A stretch of 64,000 nucleotides of DNA from Candidatus Hodarchaeota archaeon (GCA_048886685.1 JBHLKM010000003.1:64001-128000); one strand, 5' to 3'; positions 1 through 10,158 are shown, counted from the first letter of the stretch. The notes: generated from the sequence alone by a model not told the origin. Numbers and translations are program-made.

Positions 1-1137
1 AATTTCTCGTTGAATCTCTGCTAAGTTAATTGTTTCAGGAGAGAATGAATATCCAACTTCAGCCATTTCTACTAACTCGGGATCCATTATTTCTCTGTTT
101 TTATTAATAGCTGATTTTAGAAAATATCCTAATCCGTATGTCCATAAAACCCACCAAGGCATACTGTAATTTAGTATTTTAACTTTTCCCCTAGCAAGTA
201 ATTCTTTAGGCGATAATAAATTTATGTTGCTTTTTTCAACAGACCAATCGAATTCCTCAAATTTTTCTACGGCATTTAATACCGATTTTTCAACTTCAGA
301 ATGGAGAACTTGTAAGTTACCTAAATCTAAAGTGTATCCTATTTTGAGTTGTTTAGGTTTTTCCTTTAGCATTTCATAAAAACTGTAAGTTGGTCTAGGT
401 AAAGAGTATCGATCTATGTCATCTGCTCCTATTAAAGCGTCTAACATTAATGCGGCATCTTTTACATTCCGAGTTAGAGGACCTTTATTGACAAGTGTGC
501 CAAGATTTCCTTCTATTTTCATGGAGGTGTGCGGAATCCGTCCAAAACTTGGTTTAATGCCATATAAACCACAAAAGCCACTTGGAATTCTTATAGATCC
601 GCCGCCATCCGATCCCAAAGTCAAAGGGCCTAATCCTGCAGCTACTGCTGCCGCACCGCCTCCTGTTGAGCCTCCACAGGTCCTTTCTAAGTGCCATGGA
701 TTTTTTGTTGCTCCAAAAATTAAGTTATCTGTCACCCCCTTGTATCCAAAAGCAGGCAGATTAGTTTTCCCTAGTATAACCACACCAGCTTCTTTTAATC
801 TTTTGACTGAGATATCATCTTTTACTGAGATGTAATCTTCGAATACTTTGCATCCGCAAGTAGTTCTATATCCTTTAACATCAACATTATCTTTGATAGA
901 GGTAGGTATACCATGTAATAATCCTAATTTTTCGCCTTTCCTTACTTTTTCATCTGCTTTTTTAGCCATTTCTCTTGCTAATTCGAATGTTGGAGTGCAG
1001 ATTGCATTAATGATTGGATTTACCTTTTCTATTCTCTCTATAATTATTTCAGTTATATCCACTGAAGTTAACTCTTGATTCTTAATTTTGTCCCTCATTT
1101 CCCATGCGGACATAAAACAAATATCATTTTCAACCAT
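1..1137 (-). CDS. Amidase-signature family protein (GatA-like amidase), 3' end runs off the window
   Basis: My translation from ATG at 1137 gives MVENDICFMSAWEMRDKIKNQELTS..., with GGSTGGAAAAVAAGLGPLTLGSDGGGSIRIPS (amidase signature). Close paralog of 1246..2703. Missing from the ORF track because no stop lies in the window. Confidence 0.9.
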   Translation of the reverse strand, partial: MVENDICFMSAWEMRDKIKNQELTSVDITEIIIERIEKVNPIINAICTPTFELAREMAKKADEKVRKGEKLGLLHGIPTSIKDNVDVKGYRTTCGCKVFEDYISVKDDISVKRLKEAGVVILGKTNLPAFGYKGVTDNLIFGATKNPWHLERTCGGSTGGGAAAVAAGLGPLTLGSDGGGSIRIPSGFCGLYGIKPSFGRIPHTSMKIEGNLGTLVNKGPLTRNVKDAALMLDALIGADDIDRYSLPRPTYSFYEMLKEKPKQLKIGYTLDLGNLQVLHSEVEKSVLNAVEKFEEFDWSVEKSNINLLSPKELLARGKVKILNYSMPWWVLWTYGLGYFLKSAINKNREIMDPELVEMAEVGYSFSPETINLAEIQREI

Positions 1138-1245
1138 TTTTTCAACCTTGAAATAAATTAGTTTTAAAAATTATACAGATCTTTAATTTATCTTTCTTTA
1201 AAAAGAACTTACTTATCTTTGAGAAGCTTTAAAAATTAAAAAAAA

Positions 1246-2703
1246 TTAGTTGAATTTTGGTTTTTTATCTTGCCAAGGAGCAACTTCTTCAAATGCTTTT
1301 GAAACTTGAAGAACAGTTAATTCATCGAATCTTTTTGCAACTATTTGCATACCAATAGGTAAACCATCACTCGACCAACCACATGGGATTGAGGCTGCTG
1401 GATGACCGCTCGCATTAAATGGATAAGTAAAAGGTAACCAACCTGTAGCTGTCATATTTTTGCCATCAATGATAACTCCTGTTTTCATAGTTTCTTCTTC
1501 GATTACTTCTGATTTACCGTGTTCAAAGGCGGGACACGCTAATGTTGGGGTTACTAAAATATCAAATTTTCTGAATACTTTACATATTTCTTCATAAATC
1601 ATTTCTCTCTGGATTTCTGCAATTTTTATTTCCTTTGTTGAAAATGTATAACCAATATTAATCATATCCACTAGACCAGGATCCATTTTAACTTTTCCCG
1701 TTTCAAAATAAGGTCCAAGAGAATAAGCGAATCCTGAGCACCAAATAGTTAAAAATGTAGATTCCGGATTCCTCAATCTTATTCTGCTTTTTTCAATCGA
1801 CCATCCGAATTCCTCAAATTTTTGAATCCCATTCAAAACAGATTTCTCAACCTCAGGATCAAGAGCTTCTGCAAATCCCAAGTCCAACGAGTATCCTATT
1901 TTTAATTTTGGTGGTTTCTCATCAAGCTTTTCTAAATAACTATAATTTGGCTTTGGAACTGAATATCTGTCAGAATCATCTTGACCAGCTATTATATCTA
2001 ATACTAAAGCAGCATCCTTTACATATCTCACAAGAGGACCTCGATGAACAAATGTACCAAGATAGCCCATTAATTTCATACCACTTTGGGGAACTCGACC
2101 AAAAGTAGATTTAAGACCATAAAGTCCACAAAAACAACTAGGTATCCTAATAGATCCTCCACCATCGGATCCTACACCGATAGGACCTAAACCCGAAGCG
2201 ACAGCACCTGCCGCTCCACCACTAGATCCTCCCGTAGTTCTTTCCAAATTCCATGGATTTTTTGTAACACCAAATATTAAATTATCTGTCTCACCCTTAT
2301 ATCCGAAAGCCGGAGTGTTGGTTTTACCCAAAATCACAATACCAGCATCTCTTAATCTTCTAACAAGAACCTCATCATTCCGAGGTACATTATTTTCAAA
2401 CAATTTACTACCAAAGGTAGTTCTAATTCCCTTTGTTTCAGTTTCATCCTTAATCGAAACTGGAACTCCATGTAATAATCCTAATTTTTCTCCTTTTTTA
2501 ATGGCTTCATCTGCTCTTTTTGCTGTTTCTCGAGCCAAGTCAAATGTAGGTGTACAATATGCGTTTATAATAGGATTAATCTTTTCTATCCTCTCAATAA
2601 TTATTTCAGTTATTTCTTCTGATGTGAGTTCTTGGTTCTTAATTTTATCTGCCATTTCACAAGCAGACATATAACAAATTTCTTCTTTTTTCATATCTAA
2701 CAT
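1246..2703 (-). CDS. Amidase-signature family protein
   Basis: GVPVSIKD (catalytic Lys) and GGSSGG...GSDGGGSIRIPS (Ser-cisSer-Lys triad motifs). Confidence 0.93.
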   Translation of the reverse strand: MLDMKKEEICYMSACEMADKIKNQELTSEEITEIIIERIEKINPIINAYCTPTFDLARETAKRADEAIKKGEKLGLLHGVPVSIKDETETKGIRTTFGSKLFENNVPRNDEVLVRRLRDAGIVILGKTNTPAFGYKGETDNLIFGVTKNPWNLERTTGGSSGGAAGAVASGLGPIGVGSDGGGSIRIPSCFCGLYGLKSTFGRVPQSGMKLMGYLGTFVHRGPLVRYVKDAALVLDIIAGQDDSDRYSVPKPNYSYLEKLDEKPPKLKIGYSLDLGFAEALDPEVEKSVLNGIQKFEEFGWSIEKSRIRLRNPESTFLTIWCSGFAYSLGPYFETGKVKMDPGLVDMINIGYTFSTKEIKIAEIQREMIYEEICKVFRKFDILVTPTLACPAFEHGKSEVIEEETMKTGVIIDGKNMTATGWLPFTYPFNASGHPAASIPCGWSSDGLPIGMQIVAKRFDELTVLQVSKAFEEVAPWQDKKPKFN

Positions 2704-2836
2704 AGTTAGGTCATTTAAATGTATGATTCATTTTTATTTTAGATTTTAGACATAATGAATGAATATTTAATATTAATACATGATTTTTTAAATCATATTA
2801 GAAATTTTGTTATACTAATTAAGTTGAGATTAATAA

Positions 2837-3142
2837 ATGTGTGAATTTAAAATTATTAGAAAAAATGACAATTCTCAGATATTAGAGGATGTTGTTATAC
2901 TATCTTACAATGAAAATAATGAATTAATTTTAAAGGATGTTATTGGAATGGGAGAAACACTAGAATCTGCCGTAATTTTAAGTGTTAATACTATTAATCA
3001 AAAATGTGTAGTACTTGAGAATCCATTAATTAAAGATTTTATAAGTTTGATTAATAATTTAAGTGAAAATAAGTCAAGCAAACTTGAAATTGATGTAATT
3101 ATTAGTAAATTGGAAAAAATAAAATCAGAACTCAAATCATAG
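2837..3142 (+). CDS. CooT-family nickel-binding small protein
   Basis: N-terminal MCE motif followed by ILEDV...LKDVIG pattern, typical of CooT. Confidence 0.65.
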   Translation: MCEFKIIRKNDNSQILEDVVILSYNENNELILKDVIGMGETLESAVILSVNTINQKCVVLENPLIKDFISLINNLSENKSSKLEIDVIISKLEKIKSELKS

Positions 3143-3189
3143 AAATTGACTTAAACCAATAGTCTTTTTAAAGAAAATATACTTCTTAG

Positions 3190-4056
3190 ATGAATATGGA
3201 AGTTAAATTTTTTGAAGATATAAATGAATTTTATGATTTAGCATATTCATTTCTACTAGAACGAGAAGTTGAAAATGGCCTACAGTTTTCTATTCTTAAC
3301 TCTTTAAAAAAAAATATTAATAGGTACGGTCAAGAAAATCCTTCTCTATGCGCAATATATGAAGATAAAAATCTTAAACTCATCTCTCTAAGAACACCAC
3401 CTTATAATCAGGTGTTATCTTATACAAGTGAGTTGAAAGCAATAGAATTTTTAGTTGAAGCATTACTTAAGCGAAAAATCGAATTACCGGGAGTTTTAGG
3501 ATTTAAGGAAGGAGTAGAAAAATTCATTATGTTATGGTGTAATAAAAGAAGGGTCAAATCTCAAATAATAAGAAATGAAAGAATCTACAAGTTAGAGCAT
3601 GTAGCAGAAGAAACTCTTGGAAAAAATAAAATTATTAAAGCTACAGCTATACATGAAAATATTGTACTCCAATGGGGAAAAGAGTTTATATTGGAAGCTT
3701 TTCCCGATAGAAATCCAGATATGGTTAAACATTCATTAAGTCGACTTAGAGATGATATATACGAGGGAAAAATTTTCTTGCTTTTGGACAATAATAAACC
3801 CGTTTCAATGGCACGGAAGGGAGGAAAAAGCCCCAATGGTGTTGTTATTAATAACGTTTATACGCCTCCTTCATTGAGGAGAAGAGGATATGCAACTGGG
3901 TGTGTTGTAGCATTGAGTAAACATCTTTTGAAAAAGGGATATAAATTTTGTTTCCTATTTACAGACTTGAGTAATCCAACTTCAAATAGTATTTATCAAA
4001 AAATAGGTTTTCGTCCTATAATTGACGTTGATGAATTTCAATTTATAAAGGGTTAA
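3190..4056 (+). CDS. GNAT-family N-acetyltransferase (C-terminal GNAT domain)
   Basis: VYTPPSLRRRGYA acetyl-CoA motif and LFTDLSNPTSNSIYQKIGF. Confidence 0.9.
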   Translation: MNMEVKFFEDINEFYDLAYSFLLEREVENGLQFSILNSLKKNINRYGQENPSLCAIYEDKNLKLISLRTPPYNQVLSYTSELKAIEFLVEALLKRKIELPGVLGFKEGVEKFIMLWCNKRRVKSQIIRNERIYKLEHVAEETLGKNKIIKATAIHENIVLQWGKEFILEAFPDRNPDMVKHSLSRLRDDIYEGKIFLLLDNNKPVSMARKGGKSPNGVVINNVYTPPSLRRRGYATGCVVALSKHLLKKGYKFCFLFTDLSNPTSNSIYQKIGFRPIIDVDEFQFIKG

Positions 4057-4077
4057 ACTTTTTAAAAATAATAAAAT

Positions 4078-4113
4078 AAAAAAAAAGAATCGAGAAAGTC
4101 TCCTGATTTTCTC
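4078..4113 (-). terminator. Hairpin plus U-tract terminator downstream of alba
   Basis: Minus-strand RNA GAGAAAAUC-AGGA-GACUUUCUC (9-position stem with one mismatch, 4092-4113) followed by a U-run (4078-4086), between convergent genes. Confidence 0.5.
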
Positions 4114-4141
4114 CTGAATATTTTTAGATTTTTATTAGGTC

Positions 4142-4423
4142 TTATTTTTTTGGCGGAAGAATTTCAATCTCTATGGAAGAGACATTATTATTTGTACCAT
4201 CTGTGTTTGTTATTGATTCTGTATCAATCAATATTTCTCCGTACTTGGCTCCTTTTACAAATTTATTTATTAGGATCTCTGCAACATCAACTGCTCGTGA
4301 AATAGATCGTCCTCGAGCAAGTAATCTTACTGGTTTTTCGTTTAAAACGACCATAGCAGCCATAACATAGTTTATTGATTTCTTTCTGCCAATAAAAACT
4401 TTTGTATCATCTTTTTTAGCCAA
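4142..4423 (-). CDS. albA: DNA/RNA-binding protein Alba
   Basis: VFIGRKK..NYV, ARGRSISRAVDVAE and VSSIEI motifs. TTG start 7 nt after a GGTG SD. Confidence 0.95.
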   Translation of the reverse strand: MAKKDDTKVFIGRKKSINYVMAAMVVLNEKPVRLLARGRSISRAVDVAEILINKFVKGAKYGEILIDTESITNTDGTNNNVSSIEIEILPPKK

Positions 4424-4774
4424 TTAATACCACCTTTACAATGTTTACGTTAGGAATCACTTATTTACACTTTTACTACGTTTGTGCTCCTTAACTTTGC
4501 TTAGCTTTTGGTAAATTATCAATATGTTGTTAAGTTTATTAGCTTTAGTTAGATTTTAAAATTTATCAATTTATGAATTTTCATAGATTTTTTTTCAAAA
4601 ACCTCTGATATAACGATCTTTAGCATCATAGTTATACAACATTAAAATCTAAATAATATAATGGTAAAACTCTCATTAATTTTCAATTAATAAAAAATAA
4701 TAATAGATTAGTTCAATTTAAGTGAATTATAAAATAATAATAATAAAGCCAACAAATTCAATAATTAATATTAA

Positions 4775-6859
4775 ATGCCCGTAAATATAACTGATTTTTT
4801 GAACAAGCAATCCAATCAATTAAAGAAAAGAGATCTAATTAAATCTCCGAACTTAAAAACAATCTTCAACGTTATTAATCAACATCTATATGGAAAACTA
4901 AAGTATACTGATACAGATACTAGGGCACGTTCGAAACAAATCATAAATCTTTTATTATGTAAGTTAGTGGATGAAGTTTCTAAAAAACCTGAAGAAGAAA
5001 TAGAATTCTGTATTAAAGACGGTGAATCTCCAGAAAACTTATACAGTAGAATCCAAAGATTTTTCGATAAGAATGTTCGACAAAAATACAAAGATATTCT
5101 TGACCAAGATGAACAAATTAAGCTAACCGAAGACCTTGTTTATTTAATCGTAAATGAATTACAGCATATTTCTCTACTTCGATCTTCTAAAGATATATTC
5201 AGTGATGCATTTGAAGTATTTGTTAGTAAAATTCTTAAGGATGAGGCAGGACAGTTTTTTACCCCTCCAAATATAGTGAAATTTATGGTACATTACTTAG
5301 AGCCAGGGCTTGAAACTAAAATTTTAGATCCTGCGTGTGGACATGGAGGATTCCTTCTTGAATGTAAAGATCTCTTATGGGGCAAATGCGAATTAGAAAC
5401 TGACAAAATTAATGCTATCTCTAACTTATATGGTATTGACAAAGATTTATTCTTGGCAAAAATAAGTCGATTATATCTTGATATCTTAAGTAATGGAAAA
5501 TCTAATATATTCTGCGAAGATTCATTGAATCCTAAAAATTTTAGAGCTCCAGCCAAGGAAATTATAAAAAATAACAATTTCGACTTTATTTTTACTAATC
5601 CCCCTTTTGGTGTTAAAATCCCAATTAATGATCATAGAGTTTTAGAAAATTATCAATTAGGCCATACATGGAAAAATGTTAGTGGAAAATGGCAAATGCA
5701 AAACAAAGTGGTAAAGCAGCAATCTCCACAAGTTCTTTTCATTGAACGCTGTGTTCAGTTGCTTAAAGACAGAGGTAAATTAGGGATTGTCTTACCAGAA
5801 GGAATATTTGGAAATCCTTCAGATCGTTATATTTGGGAGTATTTAATTTCTAATGGTCAAATTTTAGGTATCATTTCATTAGACCAGAATACTTTTCAGC
5901 CCTATACTTGCAATAAAACTAGCATCTTATTTTTTCAGAAATTGAAAAATCTTCCAAATGATTATCTAATAGATTTTGCTATTGTTGAGAATGTAGGGCA
6001 CGATAAGGATGGAAAGATTTTATACAAACTTAATAAAGATGGGAGTAAACAATTGGACTCTAATGGAGAAGCAATATTAAATGATGATTTACTTGATCTG
6101 CATTTAAGATTAAACCAAGCAGAGCAATTTAATTATTTGAAAGAACAAAAAATATTCAAAATAAGGTTCAGTCAAATAAAAAACAAAGTTTTTATTCCTC
6201 TCTATTATACAGGGGTAGAAAGAACTTTAAAGAAACTAGCGAATGATGAAAAATTTGAACCTTTATCAATTAAGGAATTAGCTGAAAAAAGGATTATTTA
6301 TACTAATAAAGGAGGTTATTTACCTCGAGGAGATGAAATCGGATCTCATCTGTATGGCTTAGGTGATATTCCCTTTATAAGGACTAGTGAAATTTCAAAT
6401 TGGGAAATAAATTTGGATTCATATAAGAAAACTAGTGAAGAAGTGTATGAACTATATAAAGGAAAACAAAATATTGAACCAGGAGATATTCTACTAGTTA
6501 AAGATGGTGGTCCAAATCTAATTGGTAAAACCGCTTATATCTCTGAAATGGATGTGAAGATAATTATACAAAGTCATATTTTTCAAATAAAAACTTTAGA
6601 AAACAATGAATTCATTGATTCCCATCTTCTATTATATCTATTAAATCTTGATATCGTGCAAAAACAGATTCAAGCGATTACTTTTGTTCAAGGAACTATA
6701 GCCACTATAGGAAATCGAATTATGGAAGTAATTTTGCCATTCCCTAAGGATACATCTAAAAGGAAAGACATCTCGAAATCAATTAAACAAATTATTGACC
6801 AAAAGACAGAAATAAGAACAAAAATCCAGAACCTTTCTTTAAATTCTTTTACAATATAA
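4775..6859 (+). CDS. N6-adenine DNA methyltransferase (HsdM/IIG-type) fused to a C-terminal target-recognition (HsdS-like) domain
   Basis: GQFFTP, DPACGHGGF (motif I), NPPFG (motif IV). C-terminal IPFIRTSEI...GDILLVKDG...IGK segment is TRD-like. Confidence 0.88.
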   Translation: MPVNITDFLNKQSNQLKKRDLIKSPNLKTIFNVINQHLYGKLKYTDTDTRARSKQIINLLLCKLVDEVSKKPEEEIEFCIKDGESPENLYSRIQRFFDKNVRQKYKDILDQDEQIKLTEDLVYLIVNELQHISLLRSSKDIFSDAFEVFVSKILKDEAGQFFTPPNIVKFMVHYLEPGLETKILDPACGHGGFLLECKDLLWGKCELETDKINAISNLYGIDKDLFLAKISRLYLDILSNGKSNIFCEDSLNPKNFRAPAKEIIKNNNFDFIFTNPPFGVKIPINDHRVLENYQLGHTWKNVSGKWQMQNKVVKQQSPQVLFIERCVQLLKDRGKLGIVLPEGIFGNPSDRYIWEYLISNGQILGIISLDQNTFQPYTCNKTSILFFQKLKNLPNDYLIDFAIVENVGHDKDGKILYKLNKDGSKQLDSNGEAILNDDLLDLHLRLNQAEQFNYLKEQKIFKIRFSQIKNKVFIPLYYTGVERTLKKLANDEKFEPLSIKELAEKRIIYTNKGGYLPRGDEIGSHLYGLGDIPFIRTSEISNWEINLDSYKKTSEEVYELYKGKQNIEPGDILLVKDGGPNLIGKTAYISEMDVKIIIQSHIFQIKTLENNEFIDSHLLLYLLNLDIVQKQIQAITFVQGTIATIGNRIMEVILPFPKDTSKRKDISKSIKQIIDQKTEIRTKIQNLSLNSFTI

Positions 6860-6902
6860 TAATAGAAAAATATTTACGATTTTATACTAATTACTTTTCA
6901 AG

Positions 6903-7340
6903 ATGAAGATTGAAAAATTTTCTATGAACTCATATAATCATGTGTTAAAGTTATGGAAGAAAGCAGGGATTGGTGTTGGATCCTCAGACTCGAAAGAAGA
7001 GATTGAGAGAATGTTAAAGCGAAATCCCAATCTATTCTTAATTGGAAAATTAAAAGGAGAAATTATTGCTGCAGTAATGGGTGGATTTGATGGTAGAAGA
7101 GGGTATGTCCATCATCTTGCTGTAGATCCAATTCATCAAAAAAAGGGATATGGAAAAAAATTGATGGATTATCTAATTAGTCAATTTCGAAGAATTGGTG
7201 TACATAAGATTCATCTATTTATAGAAAAACAGAATCAAGCTGTTGTAGATTTTTATAGTAATTTGAACTGGGAAATTAGAGATGATTTGATTATGATGAG
7301 TTATATACCTGATAAAACTTTGTATAAGATGCGGATCTAA
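6903..7340 (+). CDS. GNAT acetyltransferase (YpeA-like)
   Basis: MGGFDGRRGYVHHLAVDP..QKKGYGK motif. Confidence 0.88.
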   Translation: MKIEKFSMNSYNHVLKLWKKAGIGVGSSDSKEEIERMLKRNPNLFLIGKLKGEIIAAVMGGFDGRRGYVHHLAVDPIHQKKGYGKKLMDYLISQFRRIGVHKIHLFIEKQNQAVVDFYSNLNWEIRDDLIMMSYIPDKTLYKMRI

Positions 7341-7452
7341 GTTAGATTCATATCTTTAAAACTCTGATTTAAAGTACGCTAATCTTAAAGCTTTAAATAT
7401 TATTGAAATGAATACTATTTACATAAATAACATATTTTCAATTTGAAAGAAA

Positions 7453-9237
7453 ATGCAAATGGAAGATATACAGTATTGGGATAAAAAATGGCCTGAAGTA
7501 GTTCCAAAAAGTATAGATTATGATGAAATACCATTAGGAGAACTTCTGAAAAGGGCAGTTTATAAATACCCTGATTCTGAGGTGATATTTTTTGAGGGTT
7601 TTAGGATGACTTATAAGGAATTGGATGTATTGGTTGATCAGTTCGCTACAGGACTTATAAAATTGGGAATAAAAAAGGGTGATGTTGTAGCTATTGACTT
7701 GCCCAATGTTCCCCAATATGTAATTGGTCATTGGGCTATTCTTAGAATCGGAGCTGTTTCTAATCCAATCCTTCCTGTTAATCGGTATGTGGAAATTATT
7801 CATCAGATTAATGATTCAAAGGCTAATGCTTTAATCATTCTAGATTATTTATTTGAAGAATATCTTCATGGTAAGGATCTTACAAAAATGCCTACTCTCA
7901 AAAATATAATCTTAACCGCTACTACAGAATATCTACCTAAAATTAAGGCTAAGTTGGGAGTAGCTCTCCGTAAGATTCCTAGAATGAAAAAATGGCCTGA
8001 TAAAATAGGGAATATTACATTCAATGGGTTTCAAGAGATATTACAAATAGGGCAACCGATTAATATCCCTAAAATAGATATTGATGTTAAAAAAGAACCA
8101 GCAATCCTAATATATACAGGCGGGACAACAGGTGTACCTAAAGGTGTCATGACTTCTCATTATAATATGATTACAAATACTCAACAAATTGTAACTTGGG
8201 CATCAACACAACTCCCGGAAATGGCAAAAGTACAAGGAAAAGGAGGAATGTTATTAGTTGTACCACTAGCTCATTCCTATGGTAATATAGGAATGACTGT
8301 TTCCATAAATGAAGGGTGGAAATTAATATTACTACCACGGCCTCCAGAAAAGATATCAAAGATTTTAAACATTATTATTAAAGAGAAAGCTACATATATG
8401 CCCGCAGTTCCCACTCTTTTTATAAAAATTAATCAAGATCCTGAGTCATCCAAATATAAGGATAAGCTCACTTCACTACATGCTTGTATTAGCGGAGCTT
8501 CAGCATTACCTTTAGAAGTCAAAAATACGTTTGAAGAGCTTACCAGTGCGGTAATTGTTGAAGGATATGGAATGTCAGAATGCTCACCCATTTTAACTAT
8601 AAATCCATTTATTAAATCTCTTCAAAAAATAGGAACAGTTGGCTTTCCTTTATCAGACACCTTAATAAAAATTGTTGATATTGAAGAAGGAACAAACTTA
8701 CTACCACAATGTCCTAACGATAATTGTGAAAGTTGTGGAGCAGATGAGCTACAATATATTGGAGAAATATGTGGAACAGGACCACAAGTTATGTTAGGGT
8801 ATCTAGGAAGAAAAGAAGATACAGAATATGCTCTAAGAAAAGATTCTCAAGGTCAGATTTGGTACTATACGGCGGATATTGGTTGTATCGATAATGAAGG
8901 ATACCTTCATATAAAGGATCGAAAGAGAGATATGATAAAAAGGAAAGGACATGCTGTTTTCCCAGCAGAAGTAGAAGATTTAATTTATATGCATGAAGCT
9001 GTGAATGAAGTTGGAGTAATTGGGGTACCCGATCCAGAAACGGGTCAAGAAATAAAAGCATATATTTCTTTAAAACCAGATTATCAAGGAAAAGTGACTA
9101 AAGAACAACTCATAGAATGGTGTCAAACAAATATAAGTCTATACAAATATCCAAGAATAATTGAAATCGTTCCTGAATTACCCAAATCCGTAATTGGTAA
9201 AGTTCTCAGGCGTGAATTACGAAGAGAAGGTGAATAA
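7453..9237 (+). CDS. Long-chain fatty-acid--CoA ligase (FadD-like)
   Basis: YTGGTTGVPKG AMP-binding motif, EGYGMSE, YTADIG, DRKRDMI, LPKSVIGKV. Confidence 0.93.
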   Translation: MQMEDIQYWDKKWPEVVPKSIDYDEIPLGELLKRAVYKYPDSEVIFFEGFRMTYKELDVLVDQFATGLIKLGIKKGDVVAIDLPNVPQYVIGHWAILRIGAVSNPILPVNRYVEIIHQINDSKANALIILDYLFEEYLHGKDLTKMPTLKNIILTATTEYLPKIKAKLGVALRKIPRMKKWPDKIGNITFNGFQEILQIGQPINIPKIDIDVKKEPAILIYTGGTTGVPKGVMTSHYNMITNTQQIVTWASTQLPEMAKVQGKGGMLLVVPLAHSYGNIGMTVSINEGWKLILLPRPPEKISKILNIIIKEKATYMPAVPTLFIKINQDPESSKYKDKLTSLHACISGASALPLEVKNTFEELTSAVIVEGYGMSECSPILTINPFIKSLQKIGTVGFPLSDTLIKIVDIEEGTNLLPQCPNDNCESCGADELQYIGEICGTGPQVMLGYLGRKEDTEYALRKDSQGQIWYYTADIGCIDNEGYLHIKDRKRDMIKRKGHAVFPAEVEDLIYMHEAVNEVGVIGVPDPETGQEIKAYISLKPDYQGKVTKEQLIEWCQTNISLYKYPRIIEIVPELPKSVIGKVLRRELRREGE

Positions 9238-9315
9238 AGTTTTTTTATATTATTTTTTTTATTCATTACTATTAATAGAACTTATGAAAAAATAGAAAGG
9301 AAATAAAATTTTAAA

Positions 9316-9975
9316 TTAAAATTTTTGTCCACATTTTTTGCAAACATTTATTTTTCCATACATAGGAGAATGCCCAATATAACCTAAGACTTTAGACTTG
9401 TCTTCTTCAGTTCTTATATCTTTTCCTACTGCACCACAGTTAGGGCAAATTAATCTATCTTCACTCACATATTCCGTTGGTGCTGCTGGTTTTAATTCAG
9501 TCAGTTCGGCTTCAAATTTATTTAAGCTAGCTTTTTGTTCTTCAATCATTTTTTCTTTTTCAGAAAGCGCTTTAGAGAGTTCTTCTATTTTAAAGTCTTT
9601 TTCAGAAAGTGAATTTGTAAGTTCATCTATTTTAGAGTCTTTTTCAGATATGGAATTATTTAAATCTTCTGTTTTTTTAGATAAATCTTCAACCTGTAAT
9701 TTTAGATCTCCCGATTCAGCACTTAAATTGTCTTTTGAAGAAGCCAATTCTTTAAATTGAGTTTCTAACTCTGTTATTTTATTTTTCCCTTGTTCAAGCT
9801 CAGAATTTAAATTAGAAACTGTTTCTTCTAACCTTTTAATTTCTCCATCTTTTTTTGTCAAAGTAGCTTTAAGGTCATAAACTTCAGCTTCATATTCATT
9901 GATTTTGTTTTGTAATCCTTTTACAATTTTATGATCCAATCCTTCTGTTAGATCTTTCATTTCATCTTGAGAAAT
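9316..9975 (-). CDS. Coiled-coil protein with C-terminal Zn-ribbon
   Basis: Long heptad region with 14-aa repeats (LSEKDxKIxEL), CPNCG...CKKCG. ORF-track start is 9960; an SD-supported ATT start is possible at 9975. Confidence 0.8.
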   Translation of the reverse strand: MSQDEMKDLTEGLDHKIVKGLQNKINEYEAEVYDLKATLTKKDGEIKRLEETVSNLNSELEQGKNKITELETQFKELASSKDNLSAESGDLKLQVEDLSKKTEDLNNSISEKDSKIDELTNSLSEKDFKIEELSKALSEKEKMIEEQKASLNKFEAELTELKPAAPTEYVSEDRLICPNCGAVGKDIRTEEDKSKVLGYIGHSPMYGKINVCKKCGQKF

Positions 9976-10158
9976 AAAAATAACACCTCTATTTTCGTTT
10001 CCTTTTACTTAAGCCATTAATTCTATTATAATGAGAAAGTGAAATTTAAATAAATGAAATTTTAGCATTAACTAATTAAATCTTACAAGAATTTTATAAT
10101 AGAATTTATATTTAAGCTTTATTTTTAAGATTTTTTATGAGTAGGAAAAAAAATTTAA

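Noticed and set aside
416-2674. Plus-strand ORFs 416..835, 848..1078, 1908..2108, 2315..2674, and similar short antisense or overlapping ORFs throughout the track
   Set aside because: They are shadows of well-supported genes on the opposite strand or in another frame, and have no motifs of their own.
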